Notes: generated by a model not told the origin, from the sequence alone. A stretch of DNA of 64,000 nt from an uncultured Nitrospiraceae bacterium (GCA_963730935.1 CAVSTP010000001.1:96001-160000); one strand, 5' to 3'. Positions 9,609 to 18,752 are shown, counted from the first letter of the stretch. Numbers and translations: made by a program.

Positions 9609-10145
9609 TTACATTTTCGCCCTCGTCTGGAAGTATTCATCGTGATAGTCGAGCGGGAGGGTCATGGCGCCATCCGGACCTGCAGCCATCGGGGAGGTCA
9701 CGATATCTTTTTTCATCGGAGCCAGCGCGCCCAGCAGCTCATTTTTTTCACGGTCGCCGACCTTGAACTTGTTGAGGGTGGCCACCAGATCGCCGACAAG
9801 CGCGTCGAATTCTTCGCCGGTGATGCCCATGCCGGCATGGCTGCTCTTCATGTCTCTTCCCTTGTAGGTACAGGGACCGCCGGAGGCCTGGCAAATCTGC
9901 TCGGTGAGCATGGTCTTCAAGCGGGGAATGTTGGCGTTCGCAAACTTGCCATTGATGCGACTGTCGGCGGCGACGCGTCCGACGAAGTCTTCCACGACGG
10001 CGGCGATTGCTGGTTTTCCGCCAAGACGATCGTAGAGCGATTTCTCGCCCGTCATTGTCTGGCCGAACGACTCCATGGTGTTACATCCTCCCAAGCTCAG
10101 CAGGAGACCGCTTAAGACCACATACGAGGCAATCCATGTATTCAT
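9609..10145 (-). CDS. Group I truncated hemoglobin with predicted lipoprotein signal peptide
   Basis: SLYDRLGG, GGPCTYKGRDM..SH.GM.I; N-terminal hydrophobic stretch ending LGGC; GGAGGAG RBS. Confidence 0.88.
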   Translation of the reverse strand: MNTWIASYVVLSGLLLSLGGCNTMESFGQTMTGEKSLYDRLGGKPAIAAVVEDFVGRVAADSRINGKFANANIPRLKTMLTEQICQASGGPCTYKGRDMKSSHAGMGITGEEFDALVGDLVATLNKFKVGDREKNELLGALAPMKKDIVTSPMAAGPDGAMTLPLDYHDEYFQTRAKM

Positions 10146-10296
10146 GACTCTCCTCCTCTCTGTTAAGAACATCACAGCTTCTCGACACCTAGACGCTGTT
10201 GTTTCTTACGAGAGGCGAGCCAGGACGGATGGCTGCGCCGTCACAATAAAAATTGTCCTCGGATAGATCCAATCTCCGCTGAGGTTCGTAGGGCAG

Positions 10297-10671
10297 TCAG
10301 GCGGGGCTCGTGCATTGTCTCCTCCGCCACAGCCAGGCATAGATCGTTCCATTCAGCGCGAGCACCAGAGTGCCCAGTATGATTTGGATGCGGTCGGTGA
10401 GGAACGCGGGATAGAGCAGCGGCAGAAGCCAGTGTGAAAGAAAGTCGCCGTGGTAACCGGAGGCCCCGCCCTGTATGCGCAGCCAGTTCTCCAGCGGTGT
10501 CAGCGGGCACATCCAACTGTTGAACTCCACGAGGCAGCCCCAGGCGAAGGCCGGGCCATGAATCCACAGGACCCGAGGCCATTTGGCGGCCAACAGTCCG
10601 CCGAACAGCACGAAGACCACGAAGAGTACATGCAGCAACACGACCAGATCGGCCAACAGGACGTACCACAT
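10297..10671 (-). CDS. DUF2784 family membrane protein
   Basis: LADLVVLLH..FV.FVLFGG, CPLTPLENWLR, LYP. Confidence 0.85.
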   Translation of the reverse strand: MWYVLLADLVVLLHVLFVVFVLFGGLLAAKWPRVLWIHGPAFAWGCLVEFNSWMCPLTPLENWLRIQGGASGYHGDFLSHWLLPLLYPAFLTDRIQIILGTLVLALNGTIYAWLWRRRQCTSPA

Positions 10672-10675
10672 GCGG

Positions 10676-11221
10676 TCACGAATTCTGCGCCGCGAGAGGG
10701 TCAGAGGGTGGATAGGTAATCCGATTGTGTTCGACCACCGCAAATGGCGTTAACCGGTGCCGGTCCGCTTTGGTCCTCGTCATAATATGTCGGACGGTCC
10801 ATCCGCGGACGGCGAGCGCATCAGCAATCAACGATCGATGGCAGCGCCAAGGCACTGCCTCCGCGCACATGATGGCCGTCGGAGTGTTCCGACTCTCTGT
10901 CATCAGCGTCTCGAGGGCAGCTCGAAACGGCTCGGTTTGCATGTAGTCGGCATAGCCGCGGAAGCTTGTGTTCTTCCAGCCGGCATTGATGGAATCTTTC
11001 TTGGGCTTTCGCAGCCCGCCCAGGCTAGGCTGGTGCAGATAAATAATTTTCGCATCTGTCAGATGGTTGGCCAGCGTATCCGTGTCAAACTGCGGATTGT
11101 GGCGGGAACGCGGAACCGTTCGCACGTCGACGAGGCGTCTGATACCGTGGGATTGCAGCAGCGCCATGAATTCGTCGATGGGTTTCGTCGAATGGCCGAT
11201 GCTCCAGAGCTGCGGGTCCAT
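10676..11221 (-). CDS. DUF488 family protein
   Basis: SIGHST, LVDVR.VPRSRHNPQF, LGGLR, FRGYADYM, MCAEAVPWRCHRSLIAD. Confidence 0.9.
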   Translation of the reverse strand: MDPQLWSIGHSTKPIDEFMALLQSHGIRRLVDVRTVPRSRHNPQFDTDTLANHLTDAKIIYLHQPSLGGLRKPKKDSINAGWKNTSFRGYADYMQTEPFRAALETLMTESRNTPTAIMCAEAVPWRCHRSLIADALAVRGWTVRHIMTRTKADRHRLTPFAVVEHNRITYPPSDPLAAQNS

Positions 11222-11319
11222 TGAACATTGTCCCACAGGGCGTGCTTGGTACCCAACCCCCTGGACTTCGGGTAAAGTCACGATGTATGCGCGATGTCCC
11301 GAGAAGCGAGGTGCACGCC

Positions 11320-11805
11320 TTACTCTGGCGGCATTTTGCGTGGATCCACTTCCAGAAGTTTGAGCCGTCCGTTGCCGACATGCTCCGTTTTATAGAAGCG
11401 GTCTCCCACTTGCAGGCTCCCGACCAAGAGATTTCCTGAGGCGACCAACGTGAAGTCGCCTCGAGACGGCGGCTTGAACGATCCACGGAGCACGGCGGTA
11501 TCGTTAAAGCGTGACACCGTGGAAGTGATGTCCAGTTCATGCCGATTCACGTCGAAAAATTCGACGGTCATGCGCGGATGCGGCCGCGCGGTCGCATCCT
11601 TGAGGACCTGCAACAACTGCACGTTCAGAACGATGTCTCGCTCTCGGATCACCCAGGGCCTACGTTGGGCGGAAGACTGATCGGTCGTAGGAGCCGAGTA
11701 CCATAAACTCGCCGGCTCCGCTGTCTCCCCGGCTACGGCGTCAAGTGGTGTCGTGAAGAGGGATAGATTGACGACGGCGATACTCAGAAACAACAACGGC
11801 GTCAT
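11320..11805 (-). CDS. Secreted hypothetical protein
   Basis: Signal-peptide-like N-terminus; beta-rich body; fills the gap in a minus-strand run. Confidence 0.7.
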   Translation of the reverse strand: MTPLLFLSIAVVNLSLFTTPLDAVAGETAEPASLWYSAPTTDQSSAQRRPWVIRERDIVLNVQLLQVLKDATARPHPRMTVEFFDVNRHELDITSTVSRFNDTAVLRGSFKPPSRGDFTLVASGNLLVGSLQVGDRFYKTEHVGNGRLKLLEVDPRKMPPE

Positions 11806-11896
11806 GGTTGATAGGTTTCCTCTCGCGCGGTGTGAGGGAGAACGTGCTCATTATAATCGGGGCCGGCCGATGGTGCGAGGATGAAGTGAGATCGTG

Positions 11897-12208
11897 CTAA
11901 CGGTTGGCCGCTGCCACGGCCCACTCCACGAGAGTGTCCGCGGATTCGACAATGTCGACCGGCACCTCGTAGTAATTCTTGAGCGTCTGGCGAGCGTTGG
12001 GCTTGAAGGGTTTCATGTGATGAACGCGATAACATGGAGCGGTGGCCGGATCGGTCCTGAAATAGAGGCGGCCTTTGTGAACGATGCCGAAGAACCTTCC
12101 CTGAAGCGCCAGTCCATAGCCGCCGAACATGGCACGACAGCTCAAACCATTGAGTTGGGCAAGTTGGTCCAGGACGAACTCTTTGAATCCCTCTGACGTG
12201 GCTCGCAA
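11897..12208 (-). CDS. TfoX/Sxy N-terminal domain protein
   Basis: RAMFGGYGL, LYFRTD, YYEVPVDIVE....L.EW. Confidence 0.85.
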   Translation of the reverse strand: MRATSEGFKEFVLDQLAQLNGLSCRAMFGGYGLALQGRFFGIVHKGRLYFRTDPATAPCYRVHHMKPFKPNARQTLKNYYEVPVDIVESADTLVEWAVAAANR

Positions 12209-12241
12209 GATGACTCCTCGAAGAGTCTAACGCCAGCCTCG

Positions 12242-13099
12242 CTACGCCGGCTTCCGTCCGGCGACAACCCGTACGGCAATAGGAAAGGTGATCCAGTCGC
12301 CCTGACGATACTCCGAGGCCGCTTCGATAATGAGACGCTTCACCTGTTGTCGCTGTAAGTCGGAACACGCCGCCATCAGATTTTGGACCGGCGCGGCGAT
12401 TTCCATCATGGCGGTGTAGTACTGCTCGGGCGACTCGTAAGACCATTCGGCAAGAAACTCCTGCTCAGTGATGTCGACGAGTCCAGCATCCTGAAGCATG
12501 CCGGCCAATTCACCGGGTTTGGCAAGACGAAAGATGCCGGGAGCCGTCGGGTCGGGCGGAGGCAGATCGACAACCTGCTTGATCGCCGCCATCGACAGCC
12601 CAATCCGAGGATTCCGTTCCGGGGATGTCCAGACCATGGCCGCAAACCATCGGGCCGGCTTCAACACCCGTGCAATTTCCGCGGAGGCTTTGGGAACATC
12701 GGGGAGGAACATCAGGCAAAAGCGGCTGATGGCTGCATCAAAGGACGCCGTCTCGAACGGCAATGTCGTCGCGTCGCCTGTACGGAATGTCACGTTCTGA
12801 AGGCCGAGCCGCTTCGCCTTTCGCTCGGCGACCACCAACATCTCATCTGCGAGGTCGATCCCGGTCACCGAGCCCGAAGCCCCGACGGTCTGCGCCGCAA
12901 GAATCGCCGGATAACCGGTGCCGGAGCCGAGATCGAGGACCGCGTGACCGCTCCGAACGCGGGCGTCGGCGACCAACCGATGATTCAGATACCCCGCCTG
13001 TTCCTCGAAGAGGCGGTCCCACTTCTCCCAGCCGCCCGCGACGCGGTTCCAGTCTTGGCGTTGGCCCTCGATGAACTGCTGTGGGTCTTGTTTCGTCAT
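12242..13099 (-). CDS. Class I SAM-dependent methyltransferase (UbiE-like)
   Basis: VLDLGSGTG, LPFETASFDA, ISRFCLMFLPD, RVLKP. Confidence 0.9.
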   Translation of the reverse strand: MTKQDPQQFIEGQRQDWNRVAGGWEKWDRLFEEQAGYLNHRLVADARVRSGHAVLDLGSGTGYPAILAAQTVGASGSVTGIDLADEMLVVAERKAKRLGLQNVTFRTGDATTLPFETASFDAAISRFCLMFLPDVPKASAEIARVLKPARWFAAMVWTSPERNPRIGLSMAAIKQVVDLPPPDPTAPGIFRLAKPGELAGMLQDAGLVDITEQEFLAEWSYESPEQYYTAMMEIAAPVQNLMAACSDLQRQQVKRLIIEAASEYRQGDWITFPIAVRVVAGRKPA

Positions 13100-13117
13100 G
13101 GTGTGGATTTGATGCCG

Positions 13118-13378
13118 TCACCCTCCGCTCAAGGCACAGACAATGTACACGCAATCCTCTTGCCCCAGAGGAGCCAGCAATTCCTGCGCCTGCTCGTCAT
13201 TCACGAATATTCGGATGTGGGGCCTGATCCTGTCCTGTTCCGTCACGATGCGAAAGCGAAAACCGGGATAGCGGGCATCCAAGGCGGACAGCACTTCACT
13301 AAGCGTCGAGCCTTCGATTTCAACTTCGCTTTGCTGTTTCGTGTACGCCCGCAGCGCACTCGGGATATGGATTTTCAT
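13118..13378 (-). CDS. MoaD/ThiS family ubiquitin-like protein
   Basis: IPSALR.YT, L..RYPG, IFVN, C-terminal ALSGG; ATGA overlap with upstream gene. Confidence 0.88.
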   Translation of the reverse strand: MKIHIPSALRAYTKQQSEVEIEGSTLSEVLSALDARYPGFRFRIVTEQDRIRPHIRIFVNDEQAQELLAPLGQEDCVYIVCALSGG

Positions 13379-14544
13379 CGCCCGAACGTAGCGGCTTCCA
13401 CGGCATAAATCTCCGGCAAGTGACGGGCAATGCACACCCAGCCCTGTCCTTCCGTGCGGCTCGCCCAAATCTCTCCGCTTGTGGTTCCGACGTAGAGGCC
13501 AACCGGATCATGGGCGTCGCGGCTCATGGCCTGGCGCTTGACGGTCCACCAGGCATCAGCTCGCGGAAAACCTTTGTCGAGACGGGACCAGGTCTTCCCG
13601 GCGTTTCTCGTCACATATACGGCAGGTTTCCCGCCGAGGCTGACCCGCGGCCACACGGTCGAGCCATCCATGGGAGATACCCAGGCGACATCCGCATTGC
13701 GGGGATGAACGACCATCGGGAAGCCGATGTCGCCGATCGCCTTGGACATGTTCTTGCCGATCCGTACCCATTGATTGGACGGACGATCGAGACGATAAAT
13801 CCCGCAATGGTTCTGCTGATACAACCGGTCAGGATTGCTGGGACACAAGCGGACGCAGTGTGGATCATGAAACGTCACGGTGGCGGGATCGAACCCTTCG
13901 ACGACCTCAAGCCCTTTGATCAACGGGAGAAAGGTCTTGCCTCCGTCCACCGATTCATGGACACCCCCGCCGGACATTGCAAAATAGAGGTGTTTGGGAT
14001 TGCGCGGATCGACAATGATGGAATGGAGCTTGGGACCGTCCGGCGTACCGTCCTGAACGGTGCCCATCCATTCAATGTATTGCGGGTCTTCATTGATGTA
14101 CGAGAAGGCAGCCCAGGTCACGCCGCCATTGTCGGACCGGAACAGGCCCTGGGGCGACGTGCCGGCATACCACGCATCTGGTTCGTTGTCATGACAGGGA
14201 GTGAGCCAAAACACATGATTGACAGAACGGCCTTGTTCCCCCTCCGGCACCTTTCGGAAGGCCGGAGGCGCCGAAGACTCTTTCCAGGTCTTACCGGCAT
14301 CAGTCGAACGGTAAATCGTCGGCCCCAGATGCCCCGTGCTGACGGCCATCAGCATCGTGCGTCGATCGCGCGGGTCGAGGACCATGTGGTGGACGATGTG
14401 TCCGAGAAACATCGGCGCAGACAGTTTCCATGTCCGTCGAGATGCATCGCTGCGCAGCGTGAATGCGCCTTTCCGAGTGGCGATCAAGAGGGTCACGGCC
14501 CCCTTCGTCGCCGCCGGTGTGCCGGTGATTGCTGTTTGAGCCAT
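13375..14544 (-). CDS. BNR/Asp-box repeat beta-propeller protein (sialidase/glycosyl hydrolase-like fold), no signal peptide
   Basis: Asp boxes RSTDAGKTW, RSDNGGVTW, ESVDGGKTF, VTRNAGKTW; RLYQQNHCG; AGGAGG RBS. Confidence 0.85.
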   Translation of the reverse strand: MAQTAITGTPAATKGAVTLLIATRKGAFTLRSDASRRTWKLSAPMFLGHIVHHMVLDPRDRRTMLMAVSTGHLGPTIYRSTDAGKTWKESSAPPAFRKVPEGEQGRSVNHVFWLTPCHDNEPDAWYAGTSPQGLFRSDNGGVTWAAFSYINEDPQYIEWMGTVQDGTPDGPKLHSIIVDPRNPKHLYFAMSGGGVHESVDGGKTFLPLIKGLEVVEGFDPATVTFHDPHCVRLCPSNPDRLYQQNHCGIYRLDRPSNQWVRIGKNMSKAIGDIGFPMVVHPRNADVAWVSPMDGSTVWPRVSLGGKPAVYVTRNAGKTWSRLDKGFPRADAWWTVKRQAMSRDAHDPVGLYVGTTSGEIWASRTEGQGWVCIARHLPEIYAVEAATFGR

Positions 14545-14579
14545 CTGTTCGCCTCCTCCTGAAATCGTCAACTCGGCCC

Positions 14580-15002
14580 TTAACGCCGCCGCCGCTTCGG
14601 CCGGTTCTTGGCGCGTCTGGCGGCCGGCTTTTTTTTCGGCGGCTTCTGGTCCATTTTCGGTTGCCACAAACCGAACGTGGCCCCCGTCGGATCGTTAATG
14701 ACGCTCAACCAGCCGTATTGTCCCGCCACCATCACCTCTCGATGAATCGTCGCTCCCAGACTCCGGGCTTTCTCGGTGACGGCGGTGATGTCATCCGTCA
14801 CAATGTAGGGAATCCAGAACGATTCCGATCCGGCTTCGGGACTCTTCATCATGCCTCCCGTCGGGGAGAGCTGCTCATTGAAGAGCGAATAGGGCATATC
14901 CGGCAGGTCGTGGACTTTCCAGCCGAAAAGTTTCTGATAGAAGTCTTTCGCCTTGTCGAGGTTCTGAGTGATCAGTTCGATGTGCCCGAAGTTGGTCGCC
15001 AT
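14580..15002 (-). CDS. VOC/glyoxalase family protein with basic C-terminal tail
   Basis: HIELIT, FYQKLFGW, WIPYI, DPTGATFGLWQ. Confidence 0.85.
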   Translation of the reverse strand: MATNFGHIELITQNLDKAKDFYQKLFGWKVHDLPDMPYSLFNEQLSPTGGMMKSPEAGSESFWIPYIVTDDITAVTEKARSLGATIHREVMVAGQYGWLSVINDPTGATFGLWQPKMDQKPPKKKPAARRAKNRPKRRRR

Positions 15003-15030
15003 TGACGCCCTCCGTCGATGTGGCCGCCGG

Positions 15031-15465
15031 TTACTTGATGGTCTGCAACGTCTCGCGCAGTTCTTTGAGTTCCGCGATCGAGAGGTCGAGATGCTGATCG
15101 CGTTGCGGCTGATCATCTTTGAATTTCCAGAGACGCCAGAAAATCGCGATCAGTTCTTTCTTATGGGTGACGGCCAGATCATAGCCCGGCGTTTTCTGCT
15201 GCTCCTTTGTAACATCGCAGTAGGAGTCCAGGAGGGCGTGGAATTGGTTGTGATAATCGTCGAGCGCGGGGTCTTTGCCCTTCCCGCCTTTTGCTTTGGC
15301 CGCCGTCGCCTCCATCATCGTCGTCAGATTGATCATGGTATCGACGCCAGTGGCGCCTTTTGCCTGCGCCGCATAGTCTCCTGCGCGAGGATAGAACAAA
15401 TAACTGCATCCGCTGCTGGTGGCCAATAGGATGGTTAGGATCATGAAGCCCATTGCGCGTGCCAT
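15031..15465 (-). CDS. Hypothetical lipoprotein
   Basis: Signal peptide ending SSGC; GGGAGG RBS. Confidence 0.75.
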   Translation of the reverse strand: MARAMGFMILTILLATSSGCSYLFYPRAGDYAAQAKGATGVDTMINLTTMMEATAAKAKGGKGKDPALDDYHNQFHALLDSYCDVTKEQQKTPGYDLAVTHKKELIAIFWRLWKFKDDQPQRDQHLDLSIAELKELRETLQTIK

Positions 15466-15531
15466 AGGGTCCTCCCTTCGCGTGCTGTGGGCGGGTAGAC
15501 AAACACGTTCGTGCGCGCAGGGTCAATAATC

Positions 15532-15560
15532 GGCCGGCGTCTCTGGACGAGGCGCCGGCC
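15532..15560 (-). terminator. GC-rich hairpin after the DUF1579 gene (possible terminator)
   Basis: GGCCGGCGTCTC...GAGGCGCCGGCC stem. Confidence 0.5.
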
Positions 15561-15581
15561 TCCTGACGCGCCCGGGACTTG

Positions 15582-16196
15582 TCATTGCTTCCGGGTATAG
15601 ACGATTTCCATCATCTTTGTTTCTTTATCGCCTTTGTGCGCTCCGTACATGTCGAACGTCTGACTGTTGTTGTCCACTATCTTCCAGACGGCACGATGCG
15701 TCATCTTGCCTCCATTCGGCTCCGGGTGCGAGCCGTGGAGCGTGATGGTCTTCCCATCGGCGCTCGCCGTTCCTTCCATGATAAAGAAGCCGGTGCCCAT
15801 CGAATCCATCCAGACCGTCCGGTACTTCTTCGTCATGTTGTCGTAGGCATCGATGCCGACCCCAGAAAACGGTTGGCCCATCATCTGGCCGTTGTATTCC
15901 TGGTAGAGGAAGCGTCCGTCGAGCAGCATCTTCATTTCGGCCGTGCCGGTGGCTTCCGTCGGTGGCTTGCCCGGTTCCATCCACTCCTTGGTCGTGGTGG
16001 TCCAGCTGCCCGCGAGGGACGCAAATAATTTGTGCGGCTCGCCGGGCACGGCCATCTTCTTCCAGAGCTCCATCATCGCCTGCTGATCCATCTGTTTGTC
16101 GTGTTTCTTTTCCTTTGCCTGAGCTGTAGGCGTCGCGAGCATGAGACAAAGACAGGTGAGTACAGTAATCGTCAACCGCATCGTGTCCTCCTTCAT
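15582..16196 (-). CDS. DUF1579 family secreted protein
   Basis: PGEPHK....LAGSW, GRFL, YDN..KKY..VWMDSMGTG, MEIVYTR. Confidence 0.87.
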   Translation of the reverse strand: MKEDTMRLTITVLTCLCLMLATPTAQAKEKKHDKQMDQQAMMELWKKMAVPGEPHKLFASLAGSWTTTTKEWMEPGKPPTEATGTAEMKMLLDGRFLYQEYNGQMMGQPFSGVGIDAYDNMTKKYRTVWMDSMGTGFFIMEGTASADGKTITLHGSHPEPNGGKMTHRAVWKIVDNNSQTFDMYGAHKGDKETKMMEIVYTRKQ

Positions 16197-16280
16197 TGAA
16201 ATGATGGAGGCTGCCGTATGCCGTTCGTGGCCGGCAGTCCATCTGTTGTGTTGAGTTATTTCGACAAGCCGACGACCGAA

Positions 16281-16688
16281 TTACGGGGCCGCATGAATCA
16301 TCCAGGATACTCCAAAACGATCGGTCACCATGCCGAACCGAGGCGAAAAGAACGTCTTCATTAATGGCTGGCTCACTTGCCCTCCCTCAGCCAGCGCGTT
16401 GAACCGCCGGTCAGCTTCTGCTTCACCGGTCACGGTGAGTGATAGGGCAAACCCTTGGTACGTCTGCGAGCCCTGGCATTGCCCGTCTGACGCCATGATT
16501 GTCTGATCGCCGATTTGCAAGGTCATGTGCATGACCTTGTTGGAGTCCGCGGAGCCGCAGAGGCTCGGATCTGGACTATCCTTGAAGCGAATGAGCCTGC
16601 CGACTTTTGCGCCGACCGCACCCTCATAGAACCGAGCCGCTTCTTCGCAGCGGCCTTCAAAGAATAAATAGGGTTGTAGTTGCATCAC
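16281..16688 (-). CDS. VOC family protein (PhnB-like)
   Basis: PYLFFEGRCEEA..FY, VMH..L.IG, IMASD, FGMVTDRFGVSWMI. Confidence 0.9.
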   Translation of the reverse strand: MMQLQPYLFFEGRCEEAARFYEGAVGAKVGRLIRFKDSPDPSLCGSADSNKVMHMTLQIGDQTIMASDGQCQGSQTYQGFALSLTVTGEAEADRRFNALAEGGQVSQPLMKTFFSPRFGMVTDRFGVSWMIHAAP

Positions 16689-16717
16689 CTTCTCCTTTCT
16701 TCGCGAATCGTGCGTTC

Positions 16718-17143
16718 CTATCGTATTTTCGCCGCCTGCGTTCGAACCCGCTCTTCCTGCTCACGAAGCTCCGGAGTAAACTCTGCACCGAAATCCTCGG
16801 CCTCGAACACCTGGCGGATTTCGATCGCGCTGTCTTCGTTGTGCGGATTCGGACAACGCTTGACCCACTCGATCGCCTCTTCTTTCGACTTCACCTTCCA
16901 GAGCCAAAAGCCGGCGATCAGTTCTTTGGTCTCGGTGAACGGCCCGTCGACGACCGTACGCTTGCTGCCGGAGAACTTGACGCGTGCGCCTTTCGAGGTG
17001 GGGTGCAGACCTTCGCCGGCCAGCATCACACCTGCATTGACCAATTCCTCGTTGAATTTTCCCATGTCCGCCAGGAGTTTCTCGCTGGGCATCACGCCGG
17101 CTTCCGACTCCTTGGTGGCTTTAACGATGATCATAAAACGCAT
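16718..17143 (-). CDS. YciI/DGPF family protein
   Basis: GEGLHP, DGPFTETKELIAGFWL. Confidence 0.92.
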   Translation of the reverse strand: MRFMIIVKATKESEAGVMPSEKLLADMGKFNEELVNAGVMLAGEGLHPTSKGARVKFSGSKRTVVDGPFTETKELIAGFWLWKVKSKEEAIEWVKRCPNPHNEDSAIEIRQVFEAEDFGAEFTPELREQEERVRTQAAKIR

Positions 17144-17206
17144 ACCGATCCTCCTTTGTTTTTGGCGCTGAACGGCGAACAACAGTTTTCCGCTCTCTCG
17201 TATTTT

Positions 17207-17232
17207 GTCGAACGATCTTGGTGAAATCGACA
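17207..17232 (-). promoter_or_regulatory. ECF42-type promoter (copy 3)
   Basis: Minus strand TGTCGATTTC-ACCAAGATCGTT-CGAC, about 64 nt upstream of ATG 17143. Confidence 0.8.
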
Positions 17233-17297
17233 GAGACCCCAAGTGAAACAAAACCCATGCCCCTCCCGCACCTCGGAAAACACCTAGGGCGCAGGCA

Positions 17298-17672
17298 CTA
17301 CTGTGCCCGGAGCGGGATCAGCAGACGCAGACGCTCATCCCGGAGATACAGCCCGCCCCAGAGCAATACACCGAGCAGCACGGCCATATGGAACGGCTCG
17401 CCGATGCGTAAATGGGTGGCTGTCGCGCCGCCCAAATAGCCGGTCAGGAGAATTGCGCCGAGCACGGACGTACGAGGAATGACGTACAACAGTGTGGAGA
17501 GCAGTTCGACCAACCCCAGTGCAAGCGCCACGCTGTCGTCATAGCCGAGATGGGCAAACCCCTCCACGACCGACGGTGGCTTCACGAGTTTCATGATGCC
17601 GCTGAACAGCAGCATCAACACCGGGAGTGCGGTCATGATATATGAGACCCAGAGCTTTTGTTTTGACGTCAT
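17298..17672 (-). CDS. DoxX-like membrane protein
   Basis: SG.MKL, LYVIPRTSVLGAILLTGYLGGA.ATHLR. Confidence 0.88.
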   Translation of the reverse strand: MTSKQKLWVSYIMTALPVLMLLFSGIMKLVKPPSVVEGFAHLGYDDSVALALGLVELLSTLLYVIPRTSVLGAILLTGYLGGATATHLRIGEPFHMAVLLGVLLWGGLYLRDERLRLLIPLRAQ

Positions 17673-17687
17673 AACGTGTCTCCCGCG

Positions 17688-18176
17688 TCAGCCCCCGTAG
17701 GTCTTCTGTAACGTCTGAATGTCGATTTTCTTCATTTGCAGCACGGCCTACATGACACGGTTGGCTTTCGCGGGATCGGCATTCTTGAGCATCTCGCCGA
17801 GCCCGGTGGGCACGATCTGCCAGGAGACGCCGTATCGATCCTTGAGCCAGCCGCACTGTTGCGCCTCTGCATCGCCTCCGGCGGAGAGCGCATCCCAATA
17901 ATGATCCAGTTCTTCCTGAGTGGCGCAATGCACCTGAAACGACACCGCTTCATTGAAGGTGAAGACCGTCCCGCCGTTGAGTGCTATGAATTCCTGTCCT
18001 TCGATTTCAAATGTCGCGGTCATGACCGAGCCCTTCGGCCGTCGGGCCACTTGTGCTCCCGCATCGCCATATCGCACGATCGTTACTCATCGGGACCGCT
18101 TGAACACCGACAGATAGAATCGCACGGCCTCTTCAGCCTTGTCGTCGAACCATAAACAGAGTGTGATCTTGGACAT
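17688..18176 (-). pseudogene. PhnB-like VOC protein interrupted by two in-frame stop codons
   Basis: One frame reads MSKITLCLWFDDKAEEAVRFY..SR*(TGA 18087-18089)VTIVRYG..LNGG..CGWLKDRYGVSWQIVP..ANRVM*(TAG 17748-17750)AVLQMKKIDIQTLQKTYGG*. Confidence 0.85.
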
Positions 18177-18218
18177 TCGGTGCTCCTTTGACATCGCAGT
18201 GACGCCGACCATAGTGCG

Positions 18219-18584
18219 TTACGACGCTGCCGGTAAGCCGGGGACGTCTCGGATCGGACGAATCTCAATCGTCCCGATGCGGGCGCCGGGAACCCTGGCG
18301 GCGATCCCGATGGCTGCATCGAGGTTCTTTGCCTCAATGAGGAAGTAGCCCGCCAGCTGTTCATGCGTTTCAGCGTAGGGACCGTCGGTCACCATCGGTG
18401 TGCTGTCCCTGACACGGACGCACGTTGCCGTGGATGTTGGTTGTAACGGCGCCGCGAGGTACTGCCTCCCTGAAGTGATCTCATGAGCCAAACGGATCGA
18501 CTCTTCCAGCATCGCGGCGTGCGTGGCCTCCCCGAGCGCAGCAAAGCTCTGTTCATTGTGATAGACGAGCAACATGTATTTCAT
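18219..18584 (-). CDS. YciI/DGPF family protein
   Basis: MKYMLLVY, TDGPYAETHEQLAGYFLI, GTIEIRP. Confidence 0.92.
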   Translation of the reverse strand: MKYMLLVYHNEQSFAALGEATHAAMLEESIRLAHEITSGRQYLAAPLQPTSTATCVRVRDSTPMVTDGPYAETHEQLAGYFLIEAKNLDAAIGIAARVPGARIGTIEIRPIRDVPGLPAAS

Positions 18585-18635
18585 CAGAACCTCTTCGCCT
18601 GCGGTTCACGTTGATGTCCGCGTCGACATAACATA

Positions 18636-18661
18636 GTCGTCTGCCGTGGTTGAAATCGACA
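18636..18661 (-). promoter_or_regulatory. ECF42-type promoter (copy 2)
   Basis: Minus strand TGTCGATTTC-AACCACGGCAGA-CGAC, about 52 nt upstream of ATG 18584. Confidence 0.8.
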
Positions 18662-18752
18662 GGGAGGGCTGACCGGTGGAGCAGACTTTTTAAGTGATTG
18701 AAATTATGGGATGTACGACGGTCCTCGGATTGGAAGGCGCGCACGGCTTCCC

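Noticed and set aside
9416..9640. 74-aa ORF between the globin and arsS
   Set aside because: Overlaps both neighbours and a terminator hairpin; no family motifs
12242..13099. Methyltransferase as ArsM partner of ArsS
   Set aside because: Lacks the typical ArsM Cys motifs (for example ISNCV); looks UbiE-like
13420..14562. 380-aa plus-strand ORF (also 12383-13408, 35789-37024, 44227-45228)
   Set aside because: Antisense shadows of well-supported genes in GC-rich DNA; no recognisable motifs
18087..18089. Selenocysteine or pyrrolysine readthrough in the VOC gene
   Set aside because: Two different stop types at positions that are not catalytic Cys/Lys sites; a pseudogene is the simpler explanation
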